DNA from: Okeania sp.
GTDB lineage: Bacteria; Cyanobacteriota; Cyanobacteriia; Cyanobacteriales; Microcoleaceae
DNA: 13,602 nt
Direction: 5' to 3'
NCBI RefSeq assembly: GCF_035285525.1
Contig: NZ_JAYKGW010000131.1
Location: 1 to 13,602 of the forward strand
Notes under the pieces: model-generated
What the model saw: only the letters and a program-made list of their open reading frames with translations
What the model was told of the DNA's origin: nothing
The model's database searches: none
Position numbers and translations under genes: made by a program
Shown: positions 6,484 to 13,602 of the stretch, piece by piece
How the letters are laid out: every line of letters starts with the position of its first letter
Position numbering within the stretch: the stretch's first letter is position 1

Positions 6484-7695
6484 ATGTTAAGTTGGGAAAA
6501 TGCTTTTTTGAAAACTCAAGCCACAGAAATTTTAAATCAGGGATCAATAGAAAGTGATATAGTTGGAGGTATTTGTCAAAGAGCATGGGTAGAAATTAAT
6601 GATCGGGCACTGACCTATAATGTCCGAGAACTTAAAAGTCTTTTATCAGCTAAAACGAAATTAATGGGAGTGGTAAAAGCAGATGCTTATGGACATGGAG
6701 CGTGTAAAGTATCTCAAAGTATTTTAGAAGCTGGTGCAGATTGGTTGGCAGTGGCAACAGTTCCAGAAGGAATAGAATTAAGATTAGCTGGAATAGAAGC
6801 ACCAATTTTAATTTTAGGGGCAACCGATCAACCTGAACAAATTCAAGCGATCGCTCACTGGGAACTACAACCAACTATTGGTACGCCTCAACAAGCTTTA
6901 GTTTTTTCGGAAACTCTTTCTTATTACACGGAAGCAATGCCAGTACATCTGAAGTTGGATACAGGAATGTCTCGCTTAGGAACATCTTGGCAACAGGCAG
7001 TAGAATTTGTAAAATTTGTACAGGGCTTGCCAAATTTAAAAATTGCGAGTATTTATTCCCATTTAGCTACAGCAGATGAATCAGACCAGACAGTGATGAG
7101 ACAACAGCATCAAAGATTTCAGGAAGCAATAGGTTTGTGTTGTATTGATGGCAAAGGTTTTCCTGGTGATATCCGACTTCATTTAGCTAACTCCGCAGCA
7201 ACTTTAACTGACTCTGCTTTACACTACGATATGGTGAGAGTGGGTTTAGCTATTTATGGTTTATATCCAGCACCTCATCTACAGGAGAAAATTAAGTTAA
7301 AACCAGCAATGGAAGTAAAAGCTAGGGTAACGCAAGTCAAAACTATTGAAGCAGGTACTGGGGTGAGTTATGGTTATAAGTTTATTGCTCCCAAACAGAT
7401 GCGGTTAGCAGTGGTGGGTATTGGTTATGCTGACGGTATACCTCGTAATCTTTCTAATAAGATGAAAGTTATTGTGCGCGATCGCCTAATTCGGCAAGTG
7501 GGAGCTATTACGATGGATCAGTTGATGCTGGATGTGAGTGATATTGCCGATCTAGAAACAGGTGAAGTAGTAACTTTATTAGGGCAAGTTGGGGAACATC
7601 GAATTTCTGCTGAAGACTGGGCAAATACTTTAGGAACTATTTCTTGGGAAATTCTTTGTGGTTTCAAGCATAGGTTGCCTCGTGTAGGAGTTTAG
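6484..7695 (+). CDS. alr: Alanine racemase (PLP-dependent)
   Basis: 403 aa. PLP-lysine motif VVKADAYGHGA near the N-terminus, a C-terminal beta-domain with GYADGIPR, and length and domain order typical of Alr. Confidence 0.92.
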   Translation: MLSWENAFLKTQATEILNQGSIESDIVGGICQRAWVEINDRALTYNVRELKSLLSAKTKLMGVVKADAYGHGACKVSQSILEAGADWLAVATVPEGIELRLAGIEAPILILGATDQPEQIQAIAHWELQPTIGTPQQALVFSETLSYYTEAMPVHLKLDTGMSRLGTSWQQAVEFVKFVQGLPNLKIASIYSHLATADESDQTVMRQQHQRFQEAIGLCCIDGKGFPGDIRLHLANSAATLTDSALHYDMVRVGLAIYGLYPAPHLQEKIKLKPAMEVKARVTQVKTIEAGTGVSYGYKFIAPKQMRLAVVGIGYADGIPRNLSNKMKVIVRDRLIRQVGAITMDQLMLDVSDIADLETGEVVTLLGQVGEHRISAEDWANTLGTISWEILCGFKHRLPRVGV

Positions 7696-7727
7696 AAATA
7701 CAGAGGATTCTAATTTGGTGAGGTACA

Positions 7728-7754
7728 CCAGTGCGGGCATTTTTCCCGCACTGG
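7728..7754. terminator. Perfect 10-bp GC-rich hairpin between the convergent alr and M28 peptidase genes (likely bidirectional terminator)
   Basis: CCAGTGCGGG-cattttt-CCCGCACTGG read directly. It sits in the 73-bp convergent spacer. There is no clear U-tract on either side. Confidence 0.6.
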
Positions 7755-7768
7755 GAACATTGAATTAT

Positions 7769-8698
7769 TTAAGATATAACCCCTACAAAATCTGCAATAA
7801 CTCTCTCTAAACCAACGACAACTCTGGTGAATCTATCAAAATCTATTTTGTCAATAGTATCTTCTGGTTGATGATAATAAGGATAGCGAAGAAAAGCAGT
7901 ATCTGTCACCATTAAAGCTGGATAATTTTGTTGCCAAAATGCCCAGTGGTCTGATAAATCTACTCCAGAAAATAATGCTGGAAGTGCCGCACCTTCTGAG
8001 GGAAATTTAGTATGGCGACGAAAAGAAGAAATAGCATCACATACTAATTTTCTATTCGCCATATTACTAACAAAAGTAATGTAATTTCCTGTAGAAGGAT
8101 AAAAATTATCAAGACCAGGAGGAAACTTTTGACTACCCAAATTATCGGAATAATAACCAATAGTTTCTAGACTGAACATGGCGAAAATATTTTCTTGGTT
8201 TTGTCGGCAATTTTTAGCATAGACAAAACTACCCATATTAAGAGTTCTAAAAAAAGGTGGTTCTTCATTAGCAAATTCTACAAAACGCAAAGTTCTTGAT
8301 GTTTTTTTCTCAGAAAATTTCCTGGCTAATTCTAATACTGCTACTGTGCCTGTACCATTATCATTAGCTCCTGGGCAATTAAAAACTGAGTCATAATGAC
8401 TCCCTACTACTACAATTTGTTCTGGTTGATAAGAGCCTTTGATTTCTACTTCTAAATTTTCAAATGTTTGATTATCAACTTGATAGGTTTGCCGTCGAAC
8501 TTGATAATTATATTTACTAAATTCACTAGCAATAAAATTAGCTGCATTTCTTAGTTGAGAATAATTTGAATAGTTTCGTTCGCCAATTTCAACAGCTAAT
8601 TTGTGTAAATTATATTCTAGTAAATATTTGAGATAAATTTCTGCTTCTGTTAGTGGTGGTAAAACACCGCGATAACTTTCTCCAGGCATTTTTAGCAT
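7769..8698 (-). CDS. M28-family zinc metallopeptidase (aminopeptidase-like)
   Basis: 309 aa. VVVGSHYDSV and PGANDNGTGTVAVLELAR match the M28 metal-ligand motifs. No obvious signal peptide. Confidence 0.85.
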   Translation of the reverse strand: MLKMPGESYRGVLPPLTEAEIYLKYLLEYNLHKLAVEIGERNYSNYSQLRNAANFIASEFSKYNYQVRRQTYQVDNQTFENLEVEIKGSYQPEQIVVVGSHYDSVFNCPGANDNGTGTVAVLELARKFSEKKTSRTLRFVEFANEEPPFFRTLNMGSFVYAKNCRQNQENIFAMFSLETIGYYSDNLGSQKFPPGLDNFYPSTGNYITFVSNMANRKLVCDAISSFRRHTKFPSEGAALPALFSGVDLSDHWAFWQQNYPALMVTDTAFLRYPYYHQPEDTIDKIDFDRFTRVVVGLERVIADFVGVIS

Positions 8699-8761
8699 AG
8701 AATTATCCTTTTTTTAGGGAAGAGGTATGGAGGTATGGAGAAAAGAGGTGGGAATTTCATT

Positions 8762-8894
8762 ATTAATTATTAGACATCTCCTCCAAATGAGGGAACAGGG
8801 AACACTAGATATGTGGGAACAGGAAGAAATAATTGATAATTTATGGATAAGAATTGATTTAATTTTTTATTTTTGGAGATGTCTATTAATTATT
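8762..8894. repeat. Long inverted repeat (arms 8762-8787 and 8871-8894) enclosing GGGAACA heptamers; MITE-like or large stem-loop
   Basis: The arms share TAGACATCTCC exactly plus flanking AATTA(T/A), about 20 of 22 positions once a 3-nt bulge is allowed. The interior carries gggaacagggaacac (8791-8805) and gggaacagg (8815-8823). The right arm ends 3 nt before the rnhA stop. Confidence 0.75.
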
Positions 8895-8897
8895 CAT

Positions 8898-9371
8898 TTA
8901 CTTATAACCATAATCTAAATCTAAATCTAGTTGTTGAGAAGCTTTTACTGCTAATTCATCACAACGCTCATTTTCTATATTTCCAGAATGACCCCTTACC
9001 CAAGAAAATTCAACTTGATGTTTATCGCATAAATCTAACAATTTTTCCCATAGATCAGGGTTCATTGCTTTATCTTTTTTATTCCGTTTCCAATCATTTG
9101 CTTGCCAACGTTTTGCCCAACCTTTTGTGGCAGCATCAACTATATATTTAGAGTCAGTATATAGGGTGACAATAGAGGTAAATTCTAGTTGTTCTAAACC
9201 TACTATTACTGCCATTAATTCCATACGATTATTAGTAGTTAGTTGATAACCTCCAGATAATTCTTGCCGTTGTTTTCCAGACAAAATAACAATACCATAA
9301 CCACCAGGGCCAGGATTTCCACTACAAGCACCATCAGTATAAATAGTAATTTCTGGTTGGTTTTCTATCAT
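8898..9371 (-). CDS. rnhA: Ribonuclease HI
   Basis: 157 aa. IYTDGACSGNPGPGGYG, NNRMEL, YTDSKY and WVRGHSGNIENERCDELA carry the complete DEDD catalytic set in canonical order. Confidence 0.95.
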   Translation of the reverse strand: MIENQPEITIYTDGACSGNPGPGGYGIVILSGKQRQELSGGYQLTTNNRMELMAVIVGLEQLEFTSIVTLYTDSKYIVDAATKGWAKRWQANDWKRNKKDKAMNPDLWEKLLDLCDKHQVEFSWVRGHSGNIENERCDELAVKASQQLDLDLDYGYK

Positions 9372-9457
9372 ATTAGCTCCTTTTTATTAAAGTAAATTTG
9401 CTCTATAAATAATAGAATGATATGGTGGTTAAGCACAGTAATAAGAGCTAGAGAAAA

Positions 9458-10177
9458 ATGAACAATCAATATACAGGGTTTACTGAGTATTATGATTTGT
9501 GGGTTACTTCTGGTTATTATAACTACCAGGATATTGCTAAGGAAACACATTCAGTTATCGGGAATGGTCGCCAGATTATTGAGTTAGGTGTAGGAACAGG
9601 GTTACTAGCACAAGAGTACATTAATATTGATCCAACCTGCGAGTTTACAGGAGTTGATTTTACCTCTTCCTTGCTGGAAATTGCTGAGAAACGCTTGGAA
9701 AATCGGGTTAAATTGATTGAAGCTGATGCTGTAACAATGGACTTAAATACAAAGTTTGATGTGGCCATATCCAATGGAGGAGTGTGGGGAATTCTTGATT
9801 TAGGTGATAAATGGGAATTTGGAGGCCATGTTGCAGGGATTGAAGCTAATAGTCAAGGTTTGAGAAATGTAGCTTACCACTTAAAAGAAGGAGGATTATT
9901 ATTATTACACCTGCAAAAACCACATCCAAACTATGAAAAATCTATAGGTGAGGGAATTATCTATTCTCAGTCTATTGAAGAAGTAGAAGATACGGTAGAT
10001 TATCATACTCTACTGAAGAGCTATTTATTCAAGAAAGAAGAAGAAATTGTGGTTCAAGAGCAAATTAAAATTACCTGTTTTAAACCAGAAATTTCTGAGA
10101 AATTGTTAAGTGAGGCGGGATTTGATTTCCAAGGTACTAGCAATGGCGATCGCTTTGCAATTTACAAAAAGCGATAA
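9458..10177 (+). CDS. Class I SAM-dependent methyltransferase
   Basis: 239 aa. Motif I IIELGVGTGLL, post-I GVDFT, FDVAISNGG, and an N-terminal YYDLW...YNYQDIAKE segment reminiscent of small-molecule methyltransferases. Confidence 0.8.
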   Translation: MNNQYTGFTEYYDLWVTSGYYNYQDIAKETHSVIGNGRQIIELGVGTGLLAQEYINIDPTCEFTGVDFTSSLLEIAEKRLENRVKLIEADAVTMDLNTKFDVAISNGGVWGILDLGDKWEFGGHVAGIEANSQGLRNVAYHLKEGGLLLLHLQKPHPNYEKSIGEGIIYSQSIEEVEDTVDYHTLLKSYLFKKEEEIVVQEQIKITCFKPEISEKLLSEAGFDFQGTSNGDRFAIYKKR

Positions 10178-10234
10178 TTAATTTCAATCCTGAAAGCTTT
10201 TTCTACGAAGTTTAGTAATACAAAAAGACTATCT

Positions 10235-10747
10235 ATGAGTATTTCCATTCAGCAGGTTAGTACCTCTGAGCAATTAAATTTATGTCACCAGATGCAAATA
10301 GCAATTTTTCATCACGAACTAAATTTGTTCGGAATGCAAATACCTGATGACTACGATCGCTCATCACTTTATATGCAAATTGTTGATTCCCAAGTTGTTG
10401 TGGGAACTTACCGCATTGTTCCTAATACCTCTCTCGGACTGCCAATACAAGAAACTGGATTTAATCTTGAGCAATTTGAGAAAAATAAGATATGTGAAAT
10501 GTCTCGTCTAGTTCTTCTGAAAGAAAAGCGGGGTAAAATCCCTTTTAGCCAAGTTTTCTCTTCCGCTCGTAATGCTGCCAAAGAGCATTACAATGCTTCT
10601 ACTCTAGTTGTGGCGATCCTGCCTCAAAATGTGTCTCTGTTTAAACGGTATGGTTTCTCACAGGTGGGGGAACCGCTGCACGATCCGACTGTTAAGTCTA
10701 CCGACAAGAATGAGTCAGTTATTATCCCAATGCAAACGTATATTTAA
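10235..10747 (+). CDS. GNAT-fold N-acyltransferase-like protein (Acetyltransf_5 / N-acyl amino acid synthase-like)
   Basis: 170 aa. The pattern ...FHHEL...DDYD...MQIVDSQVVVGTYRIV...CEMSRLVLLKEKRG...FKRYGF resembles the GNAT subfamily that includes N-acyl amino acid synthases and OlsB-like enzymes. Subfamily assignment is by eye only. Confidence 0.6.
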   Translation: MSISIQQVSTSEQLNLCHQMQIAIFHHELNLFGMQIPDDYDRSSLYMQIVDSQVVVGTYRIVPNTSLGLPIQETGFNLEQFEKNKICEMSRLVLLKEKRGKIPFSQVFSSARNAAKEHYNASTLVVAILPQNVSLFKRYGFSQVGEPLHDPTVKSTDKNESVIIPMQTYI

Positions 10748-10885
10748 TCAGAACTTACACAGACGCACCCAGAAACTTGGTTTATTGTAGACTTTTCGTC
10801 AAAAACAATGATTTGTAGCAGAAACTGGGTTTCGCGTAAGTAAGTTATAGTTACTCTTCTGTCTGAATTTATAATCATAAAACTG

Positions 10886-11923
10886 ATGAACTTAATCTCA
10901 CAAACTGAAGCTCGTAAAGCAGATCATTTACGCATTTGCTTAGAATCAAATGTCCAATTTAACCATACCACTAACGGGTTAGACCGTTACCGTTTTACCC
11001 ACTGCTGTTTACCAGAACTAAATCGCAGTGACATAGATATAACAACTACATTTCTGGGAAAGCAACTCGGTGTGCCATTATTAATATCTTCGATGACGGG
11101 TGGTACCGAACAAGCAAAAATGATTAATTATCGGTTAGCTCAGGTTGCTCAAAAGTATAAGATAGCTATGGGGGTTGGTTCGGAACGAGTTGCTGTAGAG
11201 AACCCCAAGGTAGCTGATTCTTTTGCTGTGCGATCGCTTGCTCCTGATATTCTGTTGTTTGCTAATTTAGGTGCTGTTCAACTCAATTATGATTATGGCA
11301 TTAATCAGTGCCAACAAGCGATTGATATTTTACAGGCAAATGCTTTGATTTTACATCTCAATCCTCTTCAAGAATGTATTCAAACTGAAGGTGATACTAA
11401 TTTCCGAGGTCTTCTTGACAAAATATCAAAATTGTGCTACTCATTGCCAGTACCAGTAATTGCGAAAGAAGTAGGTAATGGTATTTCTGGGAAAATGGCG
11501 CAAAAATTGATTGATGCTGGAGTCGCAGCGATTGATGTGGCGGGAGCTGGAGGGACTTCTTGGGCTAAAATTGAAGGTGAACGTGCTACAGATCCTATTC
11601 AGCGTAGGTTAGGAAATACTTTTGGTAATTGGGGTTTACCGACGGCAGAATGTATTACTTCGATTCGAGACTGGAACTCAGATGTTCCTTTGATTGCTTC
11701 TGGAGGTTTACGAAATGGGTTGGATGTGGCAAAGGCGATCGCTCTCGGTGCAGATTTAGGTGGATTAGCTTGGCCATTTCTCCAAGCAGCAGTGGAGTCG
11801 GAGGAATCTTTAAGTTTATTAGTTGATATTTTAATTGCGGAAATAAGGACGGTTCTATTTTGTACGGGTAATGCTAATTTAGCAGATTTAAAAAAATCTG
11901 GTACTTTGGAAAGATTAATATAA
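10886..11923 (+). CDS. fni: Type 2 (FMN-dependent) isopentenyl-diphosphate delta-isomerase
   Basis: 345 aa. [38 protein letters not shown] and [14 protein letters not shown] are the typical IDI-2 TIM-barrel motifs. Confidence 0.92.
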   Translation: MNLISQTEARKADHLRICLESNVQFNHTTNGLDRYRFTHCCLPELNRSDIDITTTFLGKQLGVPLLISSMTGGTEQAKMINYRLAQVAQKYKIAMGVGSERVAVENPKVADSFAVRSLAPDILLFANLGAVQLNYDYGINQCQQAIDILQANALILHLNPLQECIQTEGDTNFRGLLDKISKLCYSLPVPVIAKEVGNGISGKMAQKLIDAGVAAIDVAGAGGTSWAKIEGERATDPIQRRLGNTFGNWGLPTAECITSIRDWNSDVPLIASGGLRNGLDVAKAIALGADLGGLAWPFLQAAVESEESLSLLVDILIAEIRTVLFCTGNANLADLKKSGTLERLI

Positions 11924-11940
11924 TTGTGAAAAAAACGGTA

Positions 11941-11971
11941 GGGGTTTGGTCTCCAAATCCTATTTTTCTTT
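11941..11971 (+). terminator. Rho-independent terminator after fni
   Basis: GGGGTTTGG-tct-CCAAATCCT stem (9 bp including 2 G-U pairs, 3-nt loop), followed by ATTTTTCTTT. Confidence 0.55.
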
Positions 11972-12041
11972 AGGTTTTGATAAATATAGCAATGTGCGCA
12001 CTTAATCTTCACAAATTACAGGAGCTGTCCAATAGCTAAAA

Positions 12042-12127
12042 GCGTTATATTATCGGCCATTCATTCTCCCTGTTCCCTCTCTTGCTTGATTGGATATGGC
12101 GTATCGGCTGTCGCCGACATATAACGC
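12042..12127. repeat. About 86-nt hairpin-forming element with 15-16-nt terminal inverted repeats (small dispersed repeat / MITE-like)
   Basis: GCGTTATATTATCGGC (12042-12057) against GCCGACATATAACGC (12113-12127), plus an inner CGGC-tgtc-GCCG hairpin. Confidence 0.7.
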
Positions 12128-12160
12128 GTAGCGTCCCGGAGGGAAAGGACACCTCGCCAT

Positions 12161-12216
12161 CCCTTAACCGCTGTTCCCTGTTCCCTTAACCGCTGTTCCC
12201 TGTTCCCTGTTCCCTG
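12161..12216. repeat. 22-nt direct repeat x 2 (cccttaaccgctgttccctgtt) running into a CCCTGTT heptamer (STRR-type) array
   Basis: 12161-12182 and 12183-12204 are identical, followed by ccctgttccctg. This is the reverse complement of the GGGAACA units at 8791-8823. Confidence 0.9.
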
Positions 12217-12249
12217 CGCTATAAATTAAACTTCTCATAATGAATTTTT

Positions 12250-12915
12250 ATGTTATTGCAAGCTAACCAACGGACAAAATTAGATGATTCTGACGATCGC
12301 TTATTTTATTCTTTTCCCAGGTTTGTCACCCATGTGGATGAAGGGTTTATCGATCGGTTGACTAATTTATATCGTGATCGCCTCCAACCTCAGACTAAAA
12401 TTTTAGATATGATGAGTAGTTGGGTTTCTCATTTACCAGAGGAAATGGAATTTAGTCATGTGGAAGGACATGGTATGAATGAGGAGGAGTTGGCAAAAAA
12501 TCGTCGATTAAATCATTATTTTGTGCAAAATTTTAATCAGGATTTAAAAATACCTTTACCGGACAAAGATTTTGATGCGGTGTTGAATTGTGCTTCAATT
12601 CAATATTTACAATATCCTGATGCTATATTTTATGAAATTTATCGTATTTTGAAACCTGGTGGAATGGCAATTATTAGTTTTTCTAACCGGATGTTTTATC
12701 AGAAGGCGATCGCTGCTTGGCGAGATAATTCGGAGGAGGAAAGAGTAAAGTTAGTAAAGAGTTATTTTGACTCTATAAAAAATGCTAATGGGGTTCCAGG
12801 TTTTAGTCAAGTAGAAGTAATTTCTCAAAAGTCAAATGTACCTAATTTTTTGCAGATGTTAGGTTTAGGAGCAGGGGATCCTTTTTATGCTGTAATTGCT
12901 TATCGTCAGATTTAA
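12250..12915 (+). CDS. Class I SAM-dependent methyltransferase (Methyltransf_11-like)
   Basis: 221 aa. KILDMMSSW (degenerate motif I), FDAVLNCASIQYL, and ILKPGGMAIISF. Confidence 0.75.
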   Translation: MLLQANQRTKLDDSDDRLFYSFPRFVTHVDEGFIDRLTNLYRDRLQPQTKILDMMSSWVSHLPEEMEFSHVEGHGMNEEELAKNRRLNHYFVQNFNQDLKIPLPDKDFDAVLNCASIQYLQYPDAIFYEIYRILKPGGMAIISFSNRMFYQKAIAAWRDNSEEERVKLVKSYFDSIKNANGVPGFSQVEVISQKSNVPNFLQMLGLGAGDPFYAVIAYRQI

Positions 12916-13006
12916 GATTAGGTGATAGTTTTAGGTAGTTGTTAGTAAGTTAAGATATATTTTTTGTGGTGGTTTATTGTAATTATTTTTGTTAACATAA
13001 AGGGTA

Positions 13007-13040
13007 GCGGGAGCATCTTACTCCCGTACTATTTTATTGA
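13007..13040 (+). terminator. Possible terminator after the second methyltransferase
   Basis: CGGGAG-catctta-CTCCCG hairpin followed by tactattttatt. The stem is short and the U-tract interrupted. Confidence 0.4.
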
Positions 13041-13142
13041 TTATTACTATGCAGAAATTCCGTTTTTTTTATCGACAAATATCAGTCTTTATTGCCAAAA
13101 AAATTAGGGTTCAAAACTATCCTTAGAAGGAGAGAAAAAATT

Positions 13143-13308
13143 TATAGGAAATTCCAAGTATAGCAATTCCCATACTTGTGAGGTAAAGTTTTCTATCCTC
13201 CCTTACCCCCCTTTGAAAGGGGGGAAAAGTGAGCAAAAAGTTCCCCGCATGATCGGGGAATTTAGGGGGGATTATAAATGTACCTTACAAGAAAAGGGAA
13301 ATCCTATA
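13143..13308. mobile_element. MITE-like structured element (about 166 bp) with imperfect terminal inverted repeats and internal C6/G6 hairpins
   Basis: Left end TATAGGAAATTCC...CTTGTGAGGTA, right end TACCTTACAAG...GGGAAATCCTATA. Internal hairpins are CCCCCC-tttgaaa-GGGGGG (13206-13224) and TTCCCCG-catgat-CGGGGAA (13241-13260), with a third G6 run at 13265-13270. No coding capacity. Confidence 0.55.
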
Positions 13309-13457
13309 TTATGAACCACAGATTTAATTATTAAATCTTTTAAGTGCGAGTCGGAAAACTCGCTTAGGTGTGCTTGATAAAAGTGGAATCCGCTGTATAT
13401 TCACTATTTTAATTCTTTAGTTTTAGTCAGAGTTACTGATAATTGAAATGCTACTAC

Positions 13458-13602
13458 CTAACTCCTATTTCGTAGAATTTTGTTTTTTCTTTCTAATATA
13501 ATTTCAAACTGAGAAATCATTTTTTTTAAATAAGGAGTATCATAACCATTAATATAGTAAAGATAAACTTCCTGTGGGTCATCGGGGTAATAGCGAAATG
13601 GT
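13458..13602 (-). CDS. 3' end of an unidentified ORF entering from beyond the window (partial)
   Basis: My own translation of the minus strand: PFRYYPDDPQEVYLYYINGYDTPYLKKMISQFEIILERKNKILRNRS*, stop at 13460..13458. That is 47 open codons in AT-rich DNA reaching the edge. No family recognised. Confidence 0.35.
   Translation of the reverse strand, partial: PFRYYPDDPQEVYLYYINGYDTPYLKKMISQFEIILERKNKILRNRS

Noticed and set aside
13107-13117. tRNA T-arm-like GGGTTCAAAAC
   Set aside because: The surrounding sequence is AT-rich, with no acceptor stem, D-arm or anticodon arm complementarity. No tRNA could be folded anywhere in the window.

Overview
This is an AT-rich cyanobacterial chromosomal segment, most likely from a filamentous heterocyst-forming (Nostocales-type) genome. 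I count 10 perfect HIP1 octamers (GCGATCGC) and three families of 7-nt STRR arrays in the intergenic spacers. There are eleven well-supported CDS, mostly housekeeping. On the minus strand: a ClC-family channel/antiporter, citrate synthase, a SixA-type phosphohistidine phosphatase, a small stand-alone HNH nuclease, an M28 peptidase and RNase HI. On the plus strand: alanine racemase, then a co-directional run of a SAM-methyltransferase, a GNAT/N-acyltransferase-like protein, type-2 IPP isomerase and a second methyltransferase. A partial ORF runs off the 3' edge. The outstanding non-coding feature is an ORF-free, visibly GC-richer block of about 0.92 kb (1790-2712). On the minus strand it reads as an ORF-less group II intron: GUGCGAC 5' end, near-canonical domain V with a GAAA tetraloop, and domain VI with unpaired A residues. 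Its 3' end overlaps the 5' extension of the ClC ORF. Other unexplained structure includes a 103-bp tandem repeat (2.5 copies, cut by the window edge) and several MITE-like or long-hairpin elements in the spacers. I saw no rRNA, tRNA, CRISPR array, transposase or recognisable defence operon. All calls were made by eye from the sequence and the supplied translations; no searches or folding programs were run.
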